The notes beneath the pieces were generated by a model, which worked only from the letters and a program-made list of their open reading frames with translations, was not told the origin of the DNA and ran no database searches. From a virus (Duplodnaviria; Caudoviricetes): a stretch of 64,000 bases of DNA. The DNA is taken from the IMG/VR virus record IMGVR_UViG_3300005326_000046, positions 16,004 through 80,003 of that record. One strand, given 5' to 3'. Below, one piece after another: positions 43,904-52,600 of this stretch (positions are counted from its first letter, which is position 1; every line of letters starts with the position of its first letter). The position numbers were made by a program, and so were the translations under genes.

Positions 43904-44783
43904 GCGTAAGCTCCTCTTCTTCGTCCTGTTGGATTTGCGTAATCAGTGGTATCACTTCCGACGATCCGTCTGGGTCGATCTGAATCACCAACAAGCCAAT
44001 CTCCGATACGCCGTCTGGGTTGAGGCGATAGACGAACTCCGTCTTGAGTTGCCAGCCGGGAAGCGTGAACGCCTCAGATACGATCTTGAAGTTCCTGTCG
44101 CGTACTTCTGCGCGGTCTGACTGGTGGCGATGCGATCGGACGATGAAGCGTGGCATCTCCGCCTTCGTTTCTAGGCAGTCCAGGTAATAGGACTTTAGGA
44201 ACCAGCGCAGGTTGTTGCCGCGCAACCAGTTGCGCGCGCCGCGTCCCGGTCCATGATGCGCGATGCTGATGAGATTGCCGCCGACGCGCAGCAAGAGACG
44301 TTTCTTGACATAAGATCCGACCGTGTTATCGTCTGGCTTGATATCCAGCAACGTGCGCGCGATGCGCTCTTCCGTGCTAGAGCCCGGCCCGACATGAGGT
44401 TCAGTGCCAGTGATGTAGAAGAGTCGATCGCGGCCTTGACGGAAGGACACCCGATCGAGCACTGGTTGCATACAGCGGTAGTGAATGCGTTCCTGGACGT
44501 CCTTGCGCATGGTCATGAGCTGCGTCGTGCCGTGGTGAATCCCTTCTATGGCGTCGCCATTGTGACAGACAATCAACTGTCTGCCCCGGCGCAGTTCCGC
44601 GACAGTGTCCCACGAATTCAACCAGAATTCCCATTCCAACAGTTGCCATCGGTTGGGCGCAATGGCCTCATCGTCTGGTAGAATCGTGGGCGTATCAGGA
44701 TGTAACGCGAAGGGATGGCCGCTGTGCAAATCACCGAACAGCGCAAGTGTCCAGCCTTCTTTACTTCGCATTGAGCTTGGCAT
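43896..44783 (-). CDS. Calcineurin-like metallophosphoesterase
   Basis: GDLHSGH, NGDAIEG, GTEPH, AHHG and RSHRH motifs. Confidence 0.85.
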   Translation of the reverse strand: MPSSMRSKEGWTLALFGDLHSGHPFALHPDTPTILPDDEAIAPNRWQLLEWEFWLNSWDTVAELRRGRQLIVCHNGDAIEGIHHGTTQLMTMRKDVQERIHYRCMQPVLDRVSFRQGRDRLFYITGTEPHVGPGSSTEERIARTLLDIKPDDNTVGSYVKKRLLLRVGGNLISIAHHGPGRGARNWLRGNNLRWFLKSYYLDCLETKAEMPRFIVRSHRHQSDRAEVRDRNFKIVSEAFTLPGWQLKTEFVYRLNPDGVSEIGLLVIQIDPDGSSEVIPLITQIQQDEEEELTLE

Positions 44784-45426
44784 TCAGGAGCGATGAGATT
44801 CCGTCAATCTTGCGCTCCACTGACTCCAGACGGGTGTCCATCTGGTCAATGCGGGAGACGATGCCGCGATAGCCATTGGTGATGCCGCCGACAAGCTCGA
44901 TCATGGCGGCCTGATCGTCCGCGTCGTCTTCCGGCAGATCCATCACGGCTTCGATGGCGCAATCGTAAGATTCCCCGACATCCGCGTCGGCCATCATGGC
45001 GCGCACGAATTCCGTTGTGAACGTGTAGGCTGGCTTGTCTTGAATCTCAGACTTCATGCCGATGGCATTGATGCCTACTCTTGAAATCGCCCGAGTCACC
45101 GCCTTCAGTGATGCATCGGGTTCTGCGCTGTAGCATGCCGCCACTATCATCGCCCGCGGATTGCCCTTGCGCGCCTGCGTTGCGACCCATGAGCCACCCA
45201 CGGTTGTGTTGTCTGCCAGAAGCAACCTGTCTGGCATACCGTGTCCAGCCCACACGACGATGTCATGCTTTTGGCGCAGCACGGATGCAACCTTTGACTT
45301 CGTGGCATTTTTGCCGCCAACCAGGGTATAGGTCACTCCTTCGATGTTGGCAATCTCCGATATCTCATTCGTCCAGGTGATCGGTCGTTGTCCGGGTGCG
45401 TCAGGTGCGATAAGCAAAACGTCCAT
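44761..45426 (-). CDS. CHAT-domain (caspase-like) protein with C-terminal coiled coil
   Basis: DIVVWAGHG (His) and IVAACYS (Cys) dyad, GINAIGM...IQD..A..F; tail IVSRIDQMDTRLESVERKIDGI. Confidence 0.75.
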   Translation of the reverse strand: MDVLLIAPDAPGQRPITWTNEISEIANIEGVTYTLVGGKNATKSKVASVLRQKHDIVVWAGHGMPDRLLLADNTTVGGSWVATQARKGNPRAMIVAACYSAEPDASLKAVTRAISRVGINAIGMKSEIQDKPAYTFTTEFVRAMMADADVGESYDCAIEAVMDLPEDDADDQAAMIELVGGITNGYRGIVSRIDQMDTRLESVERKIDGISSLLNAKLNAK

Positions 45427-45487
45427 GTGAGATGTCCTCCGCCGGTGCTAGATTGATGTGCTCTCTCATTTTTGCTACCAACGATCG

Positions 45488-46111
45488 CTACTCAAGCCAC
45501 GCTAGTATGATTTTCAGGATGCGAGTCAGAATGCGCTTGAACCATGACACATCGTCGGCATCAATGGGTGTATCCGGTTCGTCTGGCGTGTCCGATTCAT
45601 CGGGTTCTTCGGGCGTATCTGGCTCTTCAGCCACAGCACGCTTACGCCACGTGAAGCGGAAACACACGTGCCGCTTGTAAGGCAACCCCACTCCGCCGAT
45701 GATGTCCGAGTTGATGCGCCCGGCATTGTCGCCAACGTACAGCGCGAGCGGTCCTACTGCTGGTGGGTAGTAGCCATTGCTGATGACATGCTCCCCAGAC
45801 GGATTGCCAGGCAAAAGCTTGTTCTGTAGACGCGCTTCAGGATCCCCGACGTGTGCCGCTGCGTTTTCCAGTCGCCAGTACGGATACGACAAGTAGACCT
45901 TGGCCGCGGTTTGGATGTTAGCTTCGTTCAACACAACGCAGGTCGCGACCGTGTTATTTCCCGAAGCCGTTTCGTCAATCAGTTCCGCAAGAACCAGTTC
46001 GTATTCCGTGTCCGGTTGCTTCTCGACAACCAACTCCACACCAACAACCTGATTTGCGCTGTTCAGCGCGTTGGCGCGGCAATTCTCCGCGCGTGGATCA
46101 AAGTCAGACAT
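45488..46111 (-). CDS. Hypothetical protein with acidic Pro-rich linker and hydrophobic C-terminus
   Basis: EEPDTPEEPDESDTPDEPDTP followed by WFKRILTRILKIILAWLE; in the lysis cassette. Confidence 0.75.
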   Translation of the reverse strand: MSDFDPRAENCRANALNSANQVVGVELVVEKQPDTEYELVLAELIDETASGNNTVATCVVLNEANIQTAAKVYLSYPYWRLENAAAHVGDPEARLQNKLLPGNPSGEHVISNGYYPPAVGPLALYVGDNAGRINSDIIGGVGLPYKRHVCFRFTWRKRAVAEEPDTPEEPDESDTPDEPDTPIDADDVSWFKRILTRILKIILAWLE

Positions 46112-47737
46112 TCAGGTCACCTCTTCCAGATAATCGCCATGACTCCATCCCGTTATGGAAAGTCCGTTCAGCGAACCGGTTACGCGCAACCAGGGCGCGT
46201 CTTCCTCCAACACCGTGAGCACTGCCCCCTGCGGCCAGACACCGATCACTTGTGAGTTGACATTGGCTGTGGATCGACACCGCAAACCGATAGCTGGCAG
46301 AACCTTAACGAATCTGCCCGTGCGCAAGTCCGACATGCGCGCAAACAGGAACCGGCCGGGGCACACCGTGCCCGCCATGACTTCACGATGAGCGAAGACC
46401 CCCAGCGGCTGGGGTGACAGAAAGTCATTCAGCACATGAATAACTTTCACAAGCGTATCGAGCAATAGTTGCGGTGGTTCGTCCGTGTCGAAGTTGCCCA
46501 TGCAGGACACGCCAATCGAATCCGTGTTCGCGCCGCCCGCGTGCCAGCGGATCGTTCCGATGTCCCCGACGTAGTGCACGGAACCATCCACGTTGACGCC
46601 GATGTGATAGCCGATGCCGGGCCATCCTTTGCTCGCCACATGGTAGTGCGCAACGGTCTCCCATGTAGTGGTCGTGGGTGTCGCCGTGTGGTGGATGACG
46701 ATGCGGTTGATTGCGTCAAGTTGCCGAGTTTGGTATGTTTCTGCACCGGTCTCCAATTCCGCGCGCAGATCAGTGAACGCTTCCCCAAATGCTGTGCGCA
46801 GTGCGTCAGCCAGGGTTGCGGTGGCGGGTTCCTGTGGAGGTATCTCTATGGGGATGTTGTGATAGTGGTTGGCGAGGATGTCAACCACTTCGCCGTCAAT
46901 GCGGTAGGTGTCCCACTTGGCGTCGCCGTTGGACCCCAGGCAGTAGACGCAGTAGCCCAAGATGCGGTCGCTCCACTGTTCGCAGTACTGACCGATGTTG
47001 ATCAGGTCTTGCGCATACTGTTTGGCCGATGCACCAGGCATGGCGGCCCACCCCGCGGCCTTCTTGCCCGTGATCAAGCCGTCGATCCCGTACTCCGTGA
47101 TGCCAAACTTGAGCTTCTTGTACGGGATCAGGGGTAGCACTTGCTTTTCCAGCCTGTGAATGTTCCAGTCGGCGCCGCCCTTGCTGTCGGGCCCCCAGAG
47201 GGTGGGCGTGCCATACTGGTGCGCAATCCAGATGTGGCCCCAGCGTTCAGCAAACTCCATGGATTCATCTACCTGTCGCCACAGCGCGGCGCGGTCATTC
47301 TCCGGCAGGTCCGGTTGCCCCGTGGACGTACCATCCATCGCGCCGTGATAGTTGGCCTCGTTCGCCAGTTGCATGCGGCGCAACAGGTAGCGATTCAGGT
47401 TCGGGCGTTGGTCCCAGAACGGGCACACTTCGTTCTCTACGGCCCAGTAGTCTACCAGCCCAAAGGCCTCATTGTTCACAATCAGACCGTGTGCCCACTG
47501 CGCCGCGCCTTCGGGATCGTTTTTGATCCGCTCGTTCATCTCGTTGTCTTCAACGTAGACGCGCGCGATGGTCGTGGTGTTGGGGCACACCGCCTTCAGT
47601 AGTTGCATGTCCTCGCGTTTTGGGATCAGCTTGAGCGCCAGGCGCGGTTGCCACAAGGACAGTGTGTCAACGAACGGCGACACGCTGCCCGAGATGTGCG
47701 GGCCGATGATCGCGCCCTTACTCATCGCTGCCCCCAT
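46112..47737 (-). CDS. Modular endolysin: glycoside-hydrolase-like barrel + N-acetylmuramoyl-L-alanine amidase (Amidase_2) + SH3
   Basis: Amidase motifs IVIHHTA, GYH, HAGGAN..SIGV, HRE..TVCPG; N-terminal VENE, HQYG and ITEYG acid/base motifs; C-terminal SH3-like GWSHGDYL. Confidence 0.88.
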   Translation of the reverse strand: MGAAMSKGAIIGPHISGSVSPFVDTLSLWQPRLALKLIPKREDMQLLKAVCPNTTTIARVYVEDNEMNERIKNDPEGAAQWAHGLIVNNEAFGLVDYWAVENEVCPFWDQRPNLNRYLLRRMQLANEANYHGAMDGTSTGQPDLPENDRAALWRQVDESMEFAERWGHIWIAHQYGTPTLWGPDSKGGADWNIHRLEKQVLPLIPYKKLKFGITEYGIDGLITGKKAAGWAAMPGASAKQYAQDLINIGQYCEQWSDRILGYCVYCLGSNGDAKWDTYRIDGEVVDILANHYHNIPIEIPPQEPATATLADALRTAFGEAFTDLRAELETGAETYQTRQLDAINRIVIHHTATPTTTTWETVAHYHVASKGWPGIGYHIGVNVDGSVHYVGDIGTIRWHAGGANTDSIGVSCMGNFDTDEPPQLLLDTLVKVIHVLNDFLSPQPLGVFAHREVMAGTVCPGRFLFARMSDLRTGRFVKVLPAIGLRCRSTANVNSQVIGVWPQGAVLTVLEEDAPWLRVTGSLNGLSITGWSHGDYLEEVT

Positions 47738-49169
47738 TGGTCATGCGTTCCGCACGATAGGCCAGGCCGTATTTCTGATTCACCAGGTCATAGAGGATCT
47801 GCGCGGCGTAGCTGTTCTTCATCCAGGTTTCCGAATGCGTCGCTTCCAGTTGACGTAACGCTTCCTCAGTGTACCAACGCCCAATGCGCGTTATGTCGCC
47901 CAACGCTTCGGGATGCTCTTCAGACGGCAGGGTGCGATGGGGTTCAACAAACTGATCCTTGAAGAGGTCAACGCGGTGATACATGCCAGGCGGCAAGTCA
48001 ATCTTGCCACCACTGACGCGCAGTTCAACGTTCTCTGCAATTACGCCGACGTTCCCATGTGCAGCGTAGAGCCGCGCCAGGCACGTGCCTTCTTCCTGCT
48101 CTGTTCCGACTTCGATTTCGCATCCGTCTTCACCAACCGTCAGGAGCCACCGATCGAAGTAGACGCTGTCTTGTTCGAAGGTCAATTCGCCCGCGCCGCT
48201 TTGGTACATGCTGTGGCCCCAGTTGCCGCTATCGCCAGTCACGCCCCATTGCACTTCGGGGTATTCCGCGCCGCGAAAGACGATCCAATAAGCGGCGGGG
48301 TCGGGTAGTTCATGTTCTATGTCCAAATAGTGCTCTACCCATGATCCTTGCAAACTCACGAACTTAGCATCCCAGTCCATGGCATGCAAGATCATCCAGT
48401 ACAGTTCCCACGGATCCTTGTTCCCGCCTTCATCGCGTGGCTCGAACGCGCAGTAAGGCGCATACATGGATTCATCGTACTTGCCGATGGTGGTTCCGTT
48501 TGTCTCTCCCACTGCGTCTGGTTGGTCGATCTGAAGTCCGTTCATCTTGTAGCCAATGCGGTACTGATCCAACATGCCAGCAACCACGCCCCGCAGGTTC
48601 TTGCCCCACGGCTCTCCGGGCGCGGGCGCGGCCTCAATGTAGACAGGGATCGTTCCTGCGGCGGCACTGGCGCGCTGCATCAGCGCGTCAATAAAGTCAA
48701 GGTACTGGTAGACGGTCATCACCTGTGCCCCGGCTGCGGCGAAGGCAACACCCTTGCGATCGCGACACGCCAGCGTCTCTTGGTCGACGCCGAGCGCCAA
48801 CCAGAACGCAGCAACCTGCGGGTTGTTCTGGTAGCGCTTCAGGATTGCTTCTACCGCATTGGCGTAGGCGTCAATCCATGCGTCATTGTCATAGGCGGGC
48901 ATCTCCGCCGTCTGTCCATTCACGGTCAGGACGTGTGACTTCTTATGGAAAGTCGGCGTCAGGTCAACCAGATCGTTCATGTAGAAAACAAGTGCCAGGT
49001 GCACTGGGTCAGAACGTTTCGCCATCCATGAATCTAGTTTGCCGAAGTTATAGACCCCTGGCGCGGTCTCGAATTCGCGCCAAATGACTGGCAGGTGTGA
49101 GTTCCAGCCCTCAGGCGCTTGGCGCATGACGTCCCATGTCAGCACGAAGTCCATGTAGATTTCCTCCAC
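47718..49169 (-). CDS. Glycoside-hydrolase-like (TIM barrel) protein
   Basis: VIWREFETAPGVYNFGKLDSW resembles the GH42/GH-A clan N-terminus; lies between tail and lysin genes. Confidence 0.55.
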   Translation of the reverse strand: MEEIYMDFVLTWDVMRQAPEGWNSHLPVIWREFETAPGVYNFGKLDSWMAKRSDPVHLALVFYMNDLVDLTPTFHKKSHVLTVNGQTAEMPAYDNDAWIDAYANAVEAILKRYQNNPQVAAFWLALGVDQETLACRDRKGVAFAAAGAQVMTVYQYLDFIDALMQRASAAAGTIPVYIEAAPAPGEPWGKNLRGVVAGMLDQYRIGYKMNGLQIDQPDAVGETNGTTIGKYDESMYAPYCAFEPRDEGGNKDPWELYWMILHAMDWDAKFVSLQGSWVEHYLDIEHELPDPAAYWIVFRGAEYPEVQWGVTGDSGNWGHSMYQSGAGELTFEQDSVYFDRWLLTVGEDGCEIEVGTEQEEGTCLARLYAAHGNVGVIAENVELRVSGGKIDLPPGMYHRVDLFKDQFVEPHRTLPSEEHPEALGDITRIGRWYTEEALRQLEATHSETWMKNSYAAQILYDLVNQKYGLAYRAERMTNGGSDE

Positions 49170-49208
49170 GTGATTACGCGAATCGCGATTCTAATAATCG
49201 TGATTCGA

Positions 49209-49589
49209 TTAGGCCGGCTTGCCTTCCAGCCTGGCAACCAACAGCATCACGCGCTCCGCCTCATTCAGTGTCCAGCGGTCATACGCGTTGACTATGCGCA
49301 GCAAGGTCATTGCCTCACTCTGTGTCACGCCAAGATCGGTCACGATGTCTGGCGTTGCCGCATCTGGTCCGGTAGACTGATAGCCACCAGGCACAGCCAC
49401 AAGTCGGTATTGCTCGAGTTCTTCCGGCGACAACTTGATCCGCTTGAACAGCGGGAGCAACGTTTCGAAGTCGCCAACGCGCATCGGTTGCACCGATAGC
49501 GCGGTCTGTAGCGACACGCGGTCAAAGATGGTGAATCCCGTCAGTTGCTTCTCTTCCTTGGCTGGTTCTTGGACGCGTTTTGTGACCAT
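49209..49589 (-). CDS. Hypothetical protein
   Basis: SD AAGGAGAG and upstream TGCTACAAT extended -10; start 49589. Confidence 0.65.
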   Translation of the reverse strand: MVTKRVQEPAKEEKQLTGFTIFDRVSLQTALSVQPMRVGDFETLLPLFKRIKLSPEELEQYRLVAVPGGYQSTGPDAATPDIVTDLGVTQSEAMTLLRIVNAYDRWTLNEAERVMLLVARLEGKPA

Positions 49590-49655
49590 CTCTCTCTCCT
49601 TATGTAGATATCTTTCTGCCACCATTGTAGCACGGGTCGTCAAGAACACAATCGA

Positions 49656-52600
49656 CTACGATTGCTTGACTAGGCCAAGGTTCTGGAGCGCCGTGATGAC
49701 GTCATCCACGACGGCCCCGGCCCCGGTTGCCAGGACGGCGCGAACGATTGGCGCGACGCCATAAAATCCAAGTGCGGACTCAGTGCCCGCGCCGCGTATG
49801 CGAATACCTTCGCGTGCCGCCGTATCGTATGCGCTCAGCACAAGATCGGCCTTGCGGGTCGCGTGCGTTGCCTCATACCACAACGTCGAAATGAGTGCGG
49901 CGGACTGAGCCGCGGTAGTTGATGATTCCAGGTTGAACGCTAGTCCCAAACCAAACCCAGCCGCCGCCGTGCCGCTGGTGTCGTGACCAAGCGTAGCAAC
50001 GTTCACGATGGCATCTGTGCCAGCGTCGGTGAGAAGTGTGTGGAAACGTGTAGCCGGTCCCGTCGTCCCGATACCGACGTTGCCCCCATCTAAGATAGTA
50101 AACACCTCAGTTGCGCCGTCAAAGATATTAACCAAATCACCCGTACCATCACCCTGTACTCGCAGGACGGTATTGGTCTCCGAGGTAGCACTGTCTTGGA
50201 CAATATCCATGACGGCTGTGGTAGCAGTTCCGGCAGTATTGTTGCGGTAGAAATATCCTGCTCGGTAGTTCGTGCTGGTGCCAAAGACGCCAATATTGTT
50301 CGTGCTGATGCCATAGACGCCAACAGAGTTCGTGCTGGTGCCAAAGACGCCAATATTGTTCGTGCTGTTGCCATAGACACCATAAGAGTTCGTGCTGATG
50401 CCATAGACGCCAATATTGTTCGTGCTGTTGCCATAGACACCATAAGAGTTCGTGCTGATGCCATAGACGCCAATAGAGTTCGTGCTGTTGCCAAAGACGC
50501 CAACAGAGTTCGTGCTGGTGCCAAAGACGCCATAATAGGTTCTGCCCCTTATCTTGTACCTTAATCTCGCATCAGTATTAGTCCAGGTTGAACCATCAGT
50601 AGAAGTGGCTCCCAGATTAGTAGAGACATCAGAGTCAAGGACAATATTGCCACCAGTGGGAGCGGCAGAATACTTTAGTACCAACCAATAACTTGCCCCC
50701 GAAGTTAAGGTATATTGGGTTCCTACTGATAGCTCCTGATATGAAGTAGTAATAGTGCCCAAACGGACACTATTGCCCGTAGCTAAAGCTGCGCCAGTGG
50801 GTTTTGAAGGCGAACCGCCATCATCGGCATAGAGATAGCCGACAACATAAGCAGTGGTATTGGTAATATCGGCCGACTCTTTAATTCTAACTAAGTAGTC
50901 ACCCATAGTGTGGTTGCCGTCAGCCGTAAACTTAACTGCCACATACTGGGTAGCCATGGTAGAGTCAGTACCCGTGTAGGCAGAACCATCCTGTAGGGTA
51001 GAAGCGATTTGGGTAGCCGAGATGGACGGATAGGTAGACTGGTTGACAGTTTGGTTGGTAATGATATTACCGACTACATCTAATTTATAGCCGGTGGTGG
51101 GAGAGATGGTGCCGATGCCGACTCTCGCATTTGTCGTATCGACATTGAGAATGGACGTTCCAGCCGCGTTCTGCATTTGCAGCGCCGTCGTACTGTTAGC
51201 CACTGGCTTCCATGACGGTCCGATGATGCCATTGGTGAACGTCTGCGCCTGCGCGGACGCGCCAGTCTGTGCACCGGTGGTCAGTAGGAAGCCAGTAGAG
51301 GCAACACTGTTGAGGTACTGCGCGTTGAGATTGTTTACTATCGTCGTACTGGCAATCGTCAAAGGCGCCGTGCCCGTGGCGACGTCGCTCTCGAATGTCT
51401 GGGCGCGAATTTCATAGCTGCCAGCATCCCAGTCGGCAATCAGCGGTCGCGTACCCGTATCAAGCAACGCCACCTCATTGATGATCCCGCTTCCCGAAGT
51501 GGTGTACATGGCTTCGTCATCACTGTCATTCTCGAAGCTGATGGCGAGTTTGATCTGTCCGCTTGCATTATCGTTGTCTGCCCCAACCGGCGCGGCGTCG
51601 TTGAACACGCTCCACGACGATGCCAACACAATGATATCTGCCCCAGCCGTGGCGGAGGCGTTCCACGCCAGCGTGTTGCCGCCAACATGCGGACACGAAC
51701 TCTTCAGGTGGCATTCCTGTATCTCTACGTCTCCGCCCGTGCCCTCATGCTTGACAATGTAAGTCTTAGCTGATCCGCCCGCATTCGGATTGCGCGCGTA
51801 GATAAAGCAGTTGTAAAAACGCGCATCTGTGCTTCCGGTAAAGCGAATGGCGTGTACTGCGGCATCCACACTTGTATTGATGACGATGTAGCAGTTGGTA
51901 AAATAGCTTGTATCCACTGCCGAATTGGCAATGACTGAAGTTGTAGCAGGATCAGGGGCATAAATCGTCAGATCATCAACGTGTGAACCGCCGCCACAGG
52001 TAAGCACGCCGCTGAGTGTGGTCGCTTTCCAGCCATGCCCACGCAATGACACGTAGTCAGGCAATGTGACATTTTCCACGTAGATACCTGTCCATACCTC
52101 AATGACATATGGGTTGTCAGCAGCCGCATCTCCAGCTGTGTTGATGGCGGTCACCGCCGCGCCAATGGTTGAGTAGTTACCGTTGCCATCAGCATCGACA
52201 ACCATGATGTTGGTGGTCCAATGCTGATAGCGCGCATCGCCCGTCTGGCGATTCAACGCATCTGTGTCCGCGGTCGCGTCACCAACTTCCACGAGTCGCA
52301 ATGAGTTGAAATCAACGGTTCCACTACCGACAACAAATTGAAGTGCTCCGCTTGAGTCGATCAGTATGTCGCCGCCGAGTGTGTTGATACTGAGTCCAGA
52401 AAGTGCAACCAGATCAAGGTTGCCAGCAGATGCATATACCGTCACATTGAAAAGGATATCGGGGGGCGATGGCTGGACGGCCTTTATTGAAAACTTAGTG
52501 TCGCCGCCCGCGTTGACCCATTTCAGCGCGTTGGGATCACCAGTTCCGCTTGTTATCTTTATACCGTCTGCGTCTAGTGCGACATCACCGCCGCCAGCTT

